A DNA stretch of 63,991 bases, the filler included, from Ionaspis alba (Eukaryota): NCBI GenBank assembly GCA_964255285.1. It is 11 parts of 11 records of this genome, joined end to end, with 100 filler letters (N's around TTAATTAATTAA, not from the genome) between each part and the next. Parts side by side here need not be neighbours in the genome. Positions count along the whole stretch, not along the records: positions 11,926 to 17,736 come from CAXUUL010000979.1; positions 17,837 to 23,644 come from CAXUUL010000980.1; positions 23,745 to 29,545 come from CAXUUL010000981.1; 8 more parts are not named here. One strand, 5' to 3'. Position 1 is the stretch's first letter; every line of letters begins with the position of its first letter. The notes under the pieces were generated by a model that saw only the letters and a list, made by a program, of their open reading frames with translations, was not told where the DNA came from and searched no databases. The position numbers and the translations under genes were made by a program. Shown in pieces: positions 11,926-24,162 of this stretch.

Positions 11926-14900
11926 GTGCATTTGGGGGCTGGGGTGGGGGTAGAAGGGAGCTTGTTGTTGCTGTTGGAATTGCTGCTGGGCGAGTTGTTG
12001 CTGATGGGCGATCTGGTGTTGCTGTAGCTGCTGTTGTTGCTGTATCTTCAGTTGTTGCTGTAGCTGCTGTTGTTGCTGCATCTGCGCTTGTAAAGGCGAC
12101 TGGTTCTGGAACTGCGATTGCAAGAACGCGGTTTGCTGGTTCGCCTGTGAGTGCTGCTGGCGCTGGGCGATTGCTGCTTGCACCATTGTTCCGCTCAGTC
12201 CCTCTTTCATTTCCTTTTTCTCGCGCTCGCGAGCTTCGATCGCGCCGATAAGGCCGCCGCTGGGTGGGCCACTTGGACCACCGGGACGCGGACTGTTACC
12301 AGTGTTGCCGACGTTGATGAGTGGCGAGCCGGTGACACGGGCCACGTGCTCTTGCTCACGGGCTGAGAGATGGGCGGAGAGATCCGGAGTGGATGTTTTG
12401 GTGTTCAGCGTCACGGAGGCAGCGCGGGAGTGTGGGCGGGAAGGGTTTTGCTGTTGTCCAGACCAGTCGCCCGAAGAGTTGCGGGATAGTTGAGGGGGTG
12501 TTCCGGACTGTTTGCGGCCGTGGGCATAGGTCGGGATGATGCGGTTGGTGTTGACGCGGTGGGCGATGAATTGTTCGGGCGTGATGGATTGCTTAGGACT
12601 GCCGCCACTGGTGCCGGCGGCGGCCATGCCAGGTTGCCAGGCGAGCTTGTTGGGGTTTGCGGTCGCGTAGTCGGAGGCTGCGGAGCTGGAGCGGTGGTTG
12701 GCTGGTTCGGGAGTGACGAGGTTGCGGCTTGAGGTCCGGCTGTGGGATCCGCTGCTTTGTTGACCAGGGCTGGAGCGACCGTACCGTTGACTGTCGTTGC
12801 GCAGTTCGTTCTGGGGACTGGGTGTGAGACGATCTGAGGACTTGGTTCGGCTGTGGAGGTTTGGACCGGGTGAGTATGCTTTTGTTGGACCAAAATCGAT
12901 GTTTGGGATATCTGAAGTGCTGGTTTGTCGAGATCCTTCGGGCCGATAGCGCGTATCACCGATGACGACCTCCCTCTGAGATGGATCGACGTCACCAACG
13001 GTCTTAAGGACACCAGTGCGGGGCCGCTCAGGTAACGTCTTTCTAGTCTCCGTTGACTTCATGGTACTGGCATAGTCTGGGGATGCAACCGAGTCGGTAT
13101 CGTAATTGCTGCTGTCTTGGCTATTGCGGCGACCTGCACCTTCGGATGATACTCGAGATGACATGGTGTTGATACGGTCAAAGGCATCTTGGTCAATGGC
13201 TTGACGTGGTATGCTATCAGAACTAGGTTGACGTTTGGGTAGTTGAGTGGAGTCAAGTCTTGGTGGACTAGGTACAGGTTTCCGTGTAATGCTGCGACTG
13301 GTGCTATGACGCTTCAGGTCGTCGGGTCTCTGCTGTTCTCGTGCAACAGGAATAGGGGCAACGGCAGGCGAAGGCACTTTGTTGGCTGCCGGATTAGCTG
13401 GTAGACCTTGAGGTTGCGAATTATTTCGAGAGAAGTTTCGTGAAGGTGATTCATGCTGTGCTGGAGATGGAGAAGGTGTTGAGGATTGAGATAATGGTGA
13501 TACACTGCGTTGAGAATTGGACGAAGGGGCAAGAAAGCCACGGCTTTGGGGTGGGCTCTCATTATTGTACGGTGGAGCCATGTTCGGTAATGGCTTGTTC
13601 ACTTGATCCGGTCTTGGTTGACGTTGGTGATCGGGATTTGGAAGCCCAGCACCTGCTAATACCATCCCTTCATTGAGAGAAGCATGGTCAGCAGGATTTC
13701 CACTCTGGCTGGTATTGTTGTCATATATTACCCCTCGTTGAGATTGTTCATTTGGATACCTTCCATCCCCTGGTGGAGGATTCCATCTCCAAGCCGCTGC
13801 AGCTCCTGCAGCAGCAATCCCAGCCATCGTTGGGGTAGCGTTACTAGATCCTCCCGCTGCAGCAAGTTGTGATAGAGTTGTACTTGACATACGGCTGTTG
13901 GCTCGACGTAAATCCGGAGATTGATATGGTTTTATTAGGGGCTTCTCCCCAGGTTGATGAGCAAAGGCAGGAGGTGCTGCGACTGGTTCGGGTGGTGCAT
14001 TGGGGATGACTCCTTGCTCAATATATTGGGATTGACCGTCAAGCTCCGCAGGTCCCCTGTATTGTCTTTCGCTTTCGGAGCTGCTGCGTTCATTTACTCC
14101 GTCGAAATCTGCGGCACGTCTTTGCACCTCGGGAGTGCGAGTGCCTCCCATAACCGGTACACCATGAGCAGGTGGCGGCGGCGGAGGCAGATCATGATGT
14201 GGCCGTTCTGAGGTCGCTTCGTAGGACAATCGTGAAGGAGTGTAATTTGCGGTTGGTTCCGGCGGCTGAGACTTTTGGCGACGTGGAGTCATAAATGGTA
14301 TCGACTCAGACGCAGATCTTTGATGCCCCATCAGTTTGTTCATCGGTTTCGCTGGTCCTTCACCCGCTAGTGCATTCCCATTAGGTTGAGGTTGTTGATA
14401 CTGCTCCATGTCCCGATGTAAAGACGGAGTGGATCGTATCGAGGCTCCATCTTCGAATCTCAAAGCTCCAGTCCTGGCAGGCAGACTGTTACGATGGCTC
14501 CGTCGGCTCCCCACTCTACTAGCTGACCGACTTCCATCCGCCTGCATCTTTGTTATCCGTTGCGAAGTCAAAAGCTTGAGCTGTTTTCTCCACTCCTTCT
14601 CTGTCCAAGATTGACTACCCTCAGTGTGGATCAAAGTAGCCACGTCAAGGATTTCCAAATAGCCATAACGTCTCTCCTGAGGCATGGCGAACATGAGACT
14701 TCGAGGATCCAGAGTATCTGCAACGAGCCGATTCGGACGTCCATAGAGTGCAAAGGTGTCGTAAACGGGGAAAAGATATCTCAGCATCATCTCGAATCCT
14801 GTCACTGCAGGATGAACCTCAGGCATGACAAAGACGAATCCTTCTGTGGTAGTTTGCGGCTGAGAGTGAATTGTGATGAGTCCCTCGAGTTTGATCAATG

Positions 14901-16126
14901 TCGACTGATCGATGAGAGGTTTCGATTGTGGGTAGATGGCATATGCCGAGTATGCTTCGGTGATTGTTGCAATAGGTTCCACCTTTTTCGTTCTCTTTGT
15001 ATCATAGAACTTTATATCCCCTTTCAAGATTGGGATCGTTTTATCATACGCCGACTTCTTCTTGAGTGATTTCTGTTGTTTCTGAATCTCTTTTTCATCA
15101 GGTGGCGTGATGACACACCAGCACCGTCTCCAGGGTGTACCGGCTCCAAACCGTACTCTTGTCCATTCTTCCGTCTTGAATCTAGTTTTATCCATGATCA
15201 TCTTGATGTTGTTCAACATCTTGCCCTTGCCGGCAATCAAAGACCCTGTGTAAGCTTCTTGTAATGTGGCATGTTCATACATTGCCAGCCGAATTCCGGC
15301 AGTCCATTGGGTTAATGCATTTACGTTGCTGAAATGAAAAAGGTATCGATTCTTGCCAGCGGTGGATACGCTGAGAACGTTGTTCAATGGTTCAGCGTCT
15401 GCTGAGTGTGTAGGTAGTGTTTCGATCTATGAAAGGGTTTGTTTAGATTTGCTTCACAAAGGGGTGCTTAGAAGCTGACGAACCATCTTGATCGATGCGT
15501 CTGCCAGATTGATGAATGTAGGAGGAACCTCTCCGTCCTGTCCCGCAGCATCCAGAGCCCCTGCATCCCATAGCGATAGGACTGTTCCAACCAGCTGAGC
15601 GAAACATTCACACCAAGATCTATCGCCGTAAGGTCGTCCATCTAGCAGGGAATAGTTAGCACGTGGGAGAACACGACGGGAAAGGGCTTCAACCCACGAG
15701 AGTCGAGATCGTTGAGTTTGAGGAAGTAGCCTTCTTGGTAGAGCTTATTGGAATGGCTGTTCAGAAATGTGAAGATTGGTAACAGCTCCGGTATCGTGTC
15801 CTGCGCGATCTCCATCACAGGAGGCTGATAACCTCCGATCATTGACATTGGTCTAGAAGCCGAAGCTGCACGATCTGTCCTATTTCTCGACGGTGTGCTG
15901 AATTCTCTATTCAAATCGCCGGACGGAACGGGAGAATGTGAAAAGCTGCGTTCATGCCGCGTTACTTGTGGAGGATTGTTGTTGTTTGAGGGCGGTGCGG
16001 CCGGAGGAGATCGCGGAGGACCGCCAAAGGCGGACATGAAAGACAGGACTATTGTTACGCAAGGGATTAGTGCCTCGATCCTTTTAGGAACACCGAACTT
16101 TGCCGCATACCTCGTGAACGACCCAT
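11926..16126 (-). CDS. CAF120: PH-domain protein of the Caf120/Skg3 family, 3' truncated
   Basis: Short first exon MGRSR; ELLPIFTFLNSHSNKLYQEGYFLKLNDLD; NVLSVSTAGKNRYLFHF; EEWTRVRFGAGTPWRRCWCVI; long Pro/Ser-rich region and poly-Q tail. Confidence 0.85.
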
Positions 16127-18589
16127 TTTTGTTCGGTATTTACAGATGAGCACAACGTTCTATGGGATGTGAATGCTGAAGGTGATTTATGAGGACAATA
16201 ACTTCTCGAAGTAAGGTCGAAGCCTCCGAAAGGTGACTTGTTAGTATGAAGTGAACGTGCGGTGTTCTGGTTTCAATTTGCTGGACAATGACCTTCTCCA
16301 GATCAAGGAACTGTGGCAGCTGATGCGAGCAAGACCGAAAGTCAACAAAGAGTAACGACCGACGGCAGCGACGACAGTGGTAATGATGGAGGTTGTCTTT
16401 TCTATTTTCTGAGCTTTCCAGGTTGGGTGCAGGAGAATTAATTTAGGCTTTCTGCGAGCGAGACTAGAAGGCAGCAAGTGAATGATGGCCTGGCGTCATT
16501 TGTTACCACCACTAAGGCGCGCCCAAGATACATATCCATGTTTGCAGCTTCACCGGATTGAGAAATTGGCCGTCTGTCAGACTCGTGCTTTGTTTGATTG
16601 ACGGTAGTCGAGAGCGCGTGGATGCTTCGGCGAGTAAGTAATAATGAAACAGGATTTCTGTAAATAGCATGTTTTTAGAACATATGCACATGCTTCACTG
16701 TTGTGAGACTCTCATGCAGGTGCTCAGGCTACATTATGAAGACCTCGTGGGACGAAGGGAACTACTCTACAAGCACAGTTTGCGGCATCTTCGCGGCATC
16801 TTCGGCAGGATTGGCAGCTGCTGCACTCTATAAGAATGCTCTCCTTCCTCCGTCACCAATAAAGCCTTGGACCGAGCCCGAAGCTGACGACAACGACGCT
16901 TGGCCTTTTGCTAAGCCCGCCAAGTCCAATCAAATCAACAAATGATCGAGGATGGTGGGAGATGCTGCTGACGGCCCCAGTGTGTCATCACGGCTTTTCT
17001 TCGAGCCGTCCGGTCCGTTGTGCTACTGTGAGATTTTTATGAATCCGAAAGCGGTCTGTCCTCGGGAGAAATGCTCCAGGAAGATGAAGATTTGAGAAAT
17101 CGATTCCAAGGAATAACCATGACGGCGGAGGATACCGCGTCAATGGCGTCGAATAGTTGATTGTCCCGCCGGATGGGGGATCTAGACTCTCAATACAGCT
17201 GTACGCCCCGGCGGGAAACGAGTCGGACGTCACTAAGGGAAGGTACCAAAAGTGATGGCCATCTCGAAGAGGTACGAGATATGTGGAAGGACAGACGCTA
17301 CACCACTCAGTAAGTCAAATTGTCTGCAAAAATCATGCTTCACGACTTAGACTTCTCAAAAGCTCCATAGTCGTTTTATGAACAATGATGGAGCACATTG
17401 GCGACTGAATCATGCTATTCGTTGACCTTTCAAGCGACCAAGAGATTCTCGCTTAGCTTACCCAGAGATTAGATTTGTGGTAGCTCCTCCCATCTGGTGG
17501 CGAAAAAACCTGGGGAAGTTTCCCTCAACAAGCATTCAAGCCATTCCTTCCAATCGTATCCCCCAGCGAGCTCTTCTCACTCCTCGGGCTTAATGACCAT
17601 GTCTGTCACTTCGAGCCTCATAGTCTCATCCTCAATGGCAACAATGATCTGACTTTCCCTCTCACCACCGCCCCCACCTATGCATGCCTCCTCCCGTCCT
17701 CCTCCCAATTGGCATGCCGCCCCTCCGCCCCACCACNNNNNNNNNNNNNNNNNNNNNNNNNNNNNNNNNNNNNNNNNNNNTTAATTAATTAANNNNNNNN
17801 NNNNNNNNNNNNNNNNNNNNNNNNNNNNNNNNNNNNTGCCTGTGGGGCGCGTAGCCGCCGTGCACGCTGGAGAGGGGGGAGGTGAGCAGGGAGGGGATGG
17901 AGTGATGACTTTATGACCTTTTTGATGATGATGGTTTGGTTATGTTTGCGATTAACGGCCGATGTTTTTTGGGTTCTTCTTTTCTTTTTGGATATGCTTG
18001 AGCGATTTGGATTTTGTTTAATTGATGAGTTTGATGAGATATGATGACCTTTTGAATACTAGGGTGTGTGCTTAGTTTAGATAGTTTGGATAATTCTTTC
18101 TCGCGATGGTTGGACTATGCTTCGGCAGGGTGATCGTGTCTCATCAAATTCTCTTCGTGCGGTAGTGTTGTAGATGATTATGGCCTCTACCACGTCGTTT
18201 GCTGGTAAAATGTGGAGTACGGGCAGAGGAGGTGATCTGTTACGATTACAGCATTTCTTTTCACCGAGTAGTCCGTTCCTTGACCAATAAGTGCAGGATC
18301 CTTAGTACCACTCACAAGACTCAGTGTTGGATGGTGCTCTGGATGGTTGTTAAACGCTTAGCAGTTCTAGCAAGGTGGCAAAACCTCTTTTTCTTAGGTA
18401 TATCACTAAGACTTGCTGATGTGAGTGGAAAAATCTGTGCAGGCTATCGTCATACGCAGGCTCTACATTACCGTCGTCCTGTTCGGTAGTGACCCACGAA
18501 GTTGTTGCAAGTCGTGAAAGTAGCGCTTGGTGAGGATAACAAGTATAGATATCCTGGATATCTGATGTTCTTTTAACACTATAGCGGCT

Positions 18590-19960
18590 CTATCTGTTCG
18601 CTGCTCTCCTGTGCCCAAGATCCATCCTGACGACCACCTGCTGCACACCCCCAGCCAACTGTGCACTCGCCATCAGCGCCGCCACTCCCGAAACATAACT
18701 CGCCAAGGCACTCGCTTTCCAACTGTACCCGTACACCACAGGAGCCACCACAGTGGTGGCTGCGCTCACGCCTAGCGTCACAGAGAACCAGAAGCGCCGG
18801 ACGGGCAGGCTACGATCCCGTATTAGTGGAACAATCGTACAATAGAGCGATAGGAGCTGGATAAAGAGCTGTGACAGTAGAGCCCAGAAGTTGTCATCGC
18901 GAGAATCGGAGGCAGGTACACATTCTGGAGGTCGGGGCTGCATGATGGCAAAGCCGATCATGAGACCGCTGATGCCGGTGAAGAGGAGGGAGAAGAACCA
19001 AAGGGTGCTCTGGTCGATAGCGAACCAGAGGATGGATTTGGAGGATGGGAATGGGAAGTCCGAGGGGAAGGAGAAAGCCGGAAGGTACGTTAGGAGTAAG
19101 CTTTGGATCCATGACGCTGTAGAGATCCAGAGCAGGAGAGACTTGAGGATGTTGTCACTGGAGGAGCTGATGGCGGGGACTTGGTTGCCATTGTCCTCGG
19201 AGTCCTGCACCTCAGGAGCTCGACTCCCCGGCCTCCTCCTCCTCATCCCGCTTTGCTGCATCGGACCGCGGGTGTTATTGAGCTGTTCGAAGTCCTCGAT
19301 AAATTTGGTAAGGGCTTCCTCGATCTTCGCCAGTTTAGGTGCAAGGTTTCGCATCCCTCTCCACGCGGAATCGGTTTCCACCACTTCCTCTGCAGCGGCT
19401 TCATGGTCCTCGGTATTATAATCCTCGGGGTCATGCTCCTGTTGCGTCATGGCTTCATCCAGCATTGGGAGTCGACTTTGAAGAGTGTGATTGGCAACGC
19501 GGAATATGTCGAGCTCTAATTTCCAGATCATGACGTTGGCGTTCCTGGGATTGGCTTGTTTTTCTCTTTCCCATTCTTTCAAAGTGTCCGTCCATCGGCG
19601 CACGACGGAGTGCTGATACTTTAACAAATAATAGGTGGGTCGAAAAATTCCGGTGTCCAGAACTGGAGTTCTATCATTATCATGTGGCCCTTGTAACTCT
19701 CCGAGAACTTCTGCTAAGCAGTCGAATTCATACGCGGCCTTAAAGTTCCTTCGGCCGGCGTATTCGTACCAAGCACGCTCGTCTCCGAACGCCTTAAACT
19801 TCCCAGTCTCGATATTATAGAAACGTTGAGTCATTCTTTGTTTGTATAAGTTCAGGTTGACCTGATAGAATGACTTGCAATTTTGAGAATCTGCTAATTC
19901 AGATGCAATACCAGTGGTGATGGTACGACTACTCGTTGATTGATCCGCAATTCGTGACAT
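18590..19960 (-). CDS. Hypothetical protein with soluble N-terminus and about 4-5 C-terminal TM helices
   Basis: 456-aa intronless ORF with hydrophobic segments (LWFFSLLFTGISGLMIGFAIM, FWALLSQLFIQLLSLYCTIV, FWFSVTLGVSAATTVVAPVVY, ASALASYVSGVAALMAS). Confidence 0.7.
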   Translation of the reverse strand: MSRIADQSTSSRTITTGIASELADSQNCKSFYQVNLNLYKQRMTQRFYNIETGKFKAFGDERAWYEYAGRRNFKAAYEFDCLAEVLGELQGPHDNDRTPVLDTGIFRPTYYLLKYQHSVVRRWTDTLKEWEREKQANPRNANVMIWKLELDIFRVANHTLQSRLPMLDEAMTQQEHDPEDYNTEDHEAAAEEVVETDSAWRGMRNLAPKLAKIEEALTKFIEDFEQLNNTRGPMQQSGMRRRRPGSRAPEVQDSEDNGNQVPAISSSSDNILKSLLLWISTASWIQSLLLTYLPAFSFPSDFPFPSSKSILWFAIDQSTLWFFSLLFTGISGLMIGFAIMQPRPPECVPASDSRDDNFWALLSQLFIQLLSLYCTIVPLIRDRSLPVRRFWFSVTLGVSAATTVVAPVVYGYSWKASALASYVSGVAALMASAQLAGGVQQVVVRMDLGHRRAANR

Positions 19961-20606
19961 AATGGACCCAGGGTGGAGCGACGCGTGAATATGTAAAATG
20001 GGGCTTTTAGTGTTGCGAGAAGACCTTTAGAAAATGAAGAGGCAGGACTAGTTAGATATGGACTTGACAAAGCTCAGGGATCCGTACCGGAAATATGCAT
20101 AGCCACGACTATCGAAAGAATCAGCCTCGCTTTGCAAGGCTGAAGTCACATCTAAATCTTTTCTGGTCTTATCGATGGCAGCTTGGCACTCGTTATATTG
20201 TTATACGAATTGACTCCACTCGTACAGCTGCAGCAAACAAATCAATAGCGACGTTCAACCAAAGATCAGGACAGAATGGTTGTGGAAAGTGTGATTCCCG
20301 TTATGGGCACTTTTGAAGGTTTGATTGGCTGTCTTCGGCTCATTCTTTTCAGAGTTCTAGGCCGTCAACTATATGCCACTCATAACGCAACAGATGTAAA
20401 CAATACAAAACACGGACGTGAAAGCTTAGATGTTCCAATAAATGGAACGCGAATCAATTCGTGCCATTCACAGAGGCCTAGACTCAGAGCTACGCCGTGG
20501 GTGTAATTCAAATCCCAGCCAATCACATCGAAGCTATCTTTGACATGGCGAGGTTTCGAGGTATCCGAATGTCAATCCAACCATTCGTTCCTACAGCAGT
20601 CTCGCA

Positions 20607-21478
20607 ATGGCCTCCAAAGTCCTCCCTTTGATCTTGCGGACCACCGCGCGATCCTCGCGAGTAATGCCTAGATCCCAATGCCGCTCCCTATCCTCTACTC
20701 GCCGCGTTGCAAGCGACGTTCTGCAAGTTGTACGTCTCAGTACCATGTCTTCACACCTGGTAGCTGTCAGCTAATGCTTGCCAGCACCGTGATACACCCG
20801 ATAACAATCCGAAGATTCCTTTCAAATTCAATGCCATCAACCAGAAGCTCATCGCCGAGATCCTCAAGCGGTACCCACCGCAATACAAGAAGGCAGCTGT
20901 GATGCCCCTCCTCGATCTCGGCCAACGACAACATGGCTTTACCAGTATCAGTGTCATGAATGAGGTCGCCAGATTACTGGAGATGCCACCTATGCGTGTT
21001 TACGAAGTGGCGACTTTCTACACGATGTACAACCGGTCACCAGTTGGCCGGTTCCACTTACAAGTCTGCACAACTGTACGTATCCCTCTATTCTTACAGC
21101 TCATCCCTGCCGCGAAGAAGTACAAAGTAGCCCTATCACCACCTTGCATTTTTCGGTTGAGTCCTCAGGACCCCCTACTGACCATCTTCAGACACCCTGC
21201 CAACTTGGTGGCTGCGGCTCCGACGCCATAATGCGCGCCATCGAATCCCACCTCGGCATTCACGCCGGTCACACTACCGCCGACGGACTCTTCACATTTA
21301 CCGAAGTCGAGTGTCTAGGTGCCTGCGTCAACGCCCCTATGGTGCAAATAAATGATGACTACTACGAAGACCTAACACCCGAGTCAACTGTCACCTTACT
21401 TAAAGCTCTACAAGCATCGGCCGAGGCTACAGGAGCGGCGGGAGGTGCGGCTGGACTGGGAGGGCATAAGACGGAGGG
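20607..21478 (+). CDS. nuo-24: NADH:ubiquinone oxidoreductase 24-kDa subunit (NDUFV2/NuoE); 3' end in an N gap
   Basis: [35 protein letters not shown]; 2Fe-2S ligands VCTT|TPCQL and [11 protein letters not shown]. Confidence 0.95.
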
Positions 21479-21905
21479 NNNNNNNNNNNNNNNNNNNNNN
21501 NNNNNNNNNNNNNNNNNNNNNNNNNNNNNNNNNNNNNNNNNNNNNNNNNNNNNNNNNNNNNNNNNNNNNNNNNNNNNNGTGAACTTTGTGTTGCTCAATT
21601 GGTGGATTCAATTGCGGCTCTGCAGAACTACTGCACCTGTGATCCATGTTATAGAGAAACCACGGAGCTTAATGCCGGCGCGGCGGAGGGGTAGATCTGG
21701 TGGGAGGGGAGAAGGCAAGGTTATATTGACAGGTCACACTGGCTATCTTGCTAAGATCCATACCATACTGCTCCTTGCTTAGTCTTGAATGACTGTGAGA
21801 CTGCGAGACAAGAAGCTGTAGCTCAATAGCACTTGACGTCCTTATATCTTGACTTGCGTGAAAACGTTGCTTGCCTATGCATTGCTTCTTGTTCGAACTC
21901 CAAAG

Positions 21906-23014
21906 ATGACAACCACATTCACTAGTCTTCCCCTCATCGATCTCTCTCCTCTACATTACCAGACCTCTCAACCAGAGCTCGTAGCTCTTAGCAAGAAGCT
22001 TCACGATGTCTTCTCCACTGTCGGATTTGCGTATCTGGTGAACCCGCCCCTGAGCTTCAGCCATGATGAAGTCTTCTCCATGGCTAAGGCTTTTTTCGAA
22101 ATCCCCGAAGAACAGAAGATGCAAGTCGCAAAGAAGACATTCAGAAAGGGTAACAAGAACACCTATCGAGGGTGAGCAAACCATTCAAACTCAAGGGAGT
22201 AGATTCGACAGAACTCAGGGGTAGCCAGGTACTTCCCACCTCAACCCGGCCACGACAACCTCAAAGAAGGCTTCGAGATAGGACCTTCCACCACAGTCCC
22301 ACCTTCCGCTCATCCTACGGCAATGACCAAGTCTTCTCCCTTCAAGTTGACAGAAGCCAACATCTGGCCCTCGCCAACGGTGTTCCCATCTCACAGTAGA
22401 GCCGAAGCTCTTCATACCGAGCTGCAAAGCCTTTCCAAGCAGCTACTCTCTCTATTAGCCTCATCTCTCGATCTCCCTTCCACATACTTTGACACGCTAC
22501 TCACCGACAGCGTATCCACCCTCCGATTCCTCCACTACCCAACCACCAAGCCTCCAGCACCACGGCAAGAGCTCTCGTGCACACCACACACCGACTCTGG
22601 GCTGCTGACGCTGCTCCACCAGGACGCGGTATCTTCATCCCCTTCTTACCCATCACATATAACACTAACATGCCCCACTAGACAGGTGGACTCGAAGTCC
22701 TCAACGCCGCCGGCAGCTGGATCCCGGCCCCGTACGTTCCAAACTCTCTCGTTGTCAACATCGGGGACTTGATAGGACGGATCTTAGGAGACAGGTTCGT
22801 GGCAACAACGCATCGGGTGAGGAATACTGGCAAGGAAAGGTGGAGCGTACCGTTCTTCTGTGAGCCCGGGGTTGACGCTGTAGTAGGGGAGGGAGAAGAG
22901 AGGTATGGAGAATTTGTGCTGGGGAAGATGGGCGGGTGGGTGGAGTTCCAACCTGAAGCGGTGGGGCCGGACAACCGAATTGATCAGACGGCGGTTGTGG
23001 AGGTTGGGGCTTGA
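21906..23014 (+). CDS. 2-oxoglutarate/Fe(II)-dependent dioxygenase (IPNS/DIOX_N family)
   Basis: LPLIDLS, VGFAYLVN, NTYRG|YFP, HTDSGLLTLLHQD (HxD), HRV and RWSVPFF motifs; two introns. Confidence 0.92.
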
Positions 23015-24162
23015 TTGAGCTGTTGTGGGTGCCTAGGGAGATGGTTGGTAGTGATCGGACTGCTGCGGTGGGTAGCTGGAAGTGCAAGTCGTGTTGTTGT
23101 CTTAGAGCTATGCAATCGGAGTCTGTGATCTGGCCTAATGTGATCATGTGTCAATGGCTGGTGGTACAATCTATTCGAGATCCACACGTCAAAATTACTC
23201 CTGTTACCATGTCAGCCAGCCAAACGAAGTAAAAGTGTGACTCACTCAACTCAGTACATGCTTCTTATCTCCTCTCATGATCTCAGGCTCGTACTTAGAG
23301 TCTCTCGTCATGATAGCTCGTGACGCTCTGCCAACGTCGACGTGCTTCATACTCTCGAGGCAAGCCGAGAGCCACAATGCACTTCTATACCACCACATTG
23401 AGACATTGACCTGAGCTTCAAGCAATACTCCTGGCCACAACGCTGCTCTTCTCCACAGGCCTAATCCATTGAACCATAGTTATTGGGTTTAGATCTTCGG
23501 CACGGTTTCGTCATGTGCCAGTTTCGCCTGCCATCGTGCCTTCCATCTCTCTGGCCCCCTTTGGGGAATGATCACGCAATTACCAGCGATCCTCGGCTTC
23601 TCGATTGAGCTCCAAACCTAAAGGGAGCTATGTCGTGCTTCACANNNNNNNNNNNNNNNNNNNNNNNNNNNNNNNNNNNNNNNNNNNNTTAATTAATTAA
23701 NNNNNNNNNNNNNNNNNNNNNNNNNNNNNNNNNNNNNNNNNNNNTAACTGGGACGTGGAAGTACCATTAAATACTTGTTAGATTGCACTTGAGAGAGCTA
23801 TACAATGAAGTGCAGTATTCGTCACAATAGACAATGGCCATGACGGTCGATAAAACCTCCGTATCGCAATGCCGTACTTCGAACGGCTTAAAAGATGAAA
23901 AGTGTTTGCGTTGTAACCTCAATCAATCTTTGTAGCTTTGTAATGAAAGGTGTTGCAGGCAAACATTTGGCTTCGTGGTGCTATTCTCGATTCGGCAGGT
24001 TTGCCGATGTTTACTTACTTTCCGCTTCGATCAACTTTCAGCTTCAGCATCGGCGTGCCACACCCATCATCATTTCAAACATTCTTACACGCTTACTTCT
24101 CGACCACCTTCCTTGCTGTGGTGTATGATGATTTGTGATGGTCATCTGTGACCTTACCCATC

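Noticed and set aside
11950..12090. CAG/CAA-rich tract, plus the (CCT)n tract at about 62256-62283
   Set aside because: Ordinary poly-Q and poly-G coding microsatellites in CAF120 and striatin.
16703..17300. Short plus-strand ORFs upstream of CAF120
   Set aside because: No recognisable motifs and frequent stops; probably intergenic or an unidentifiable relic.
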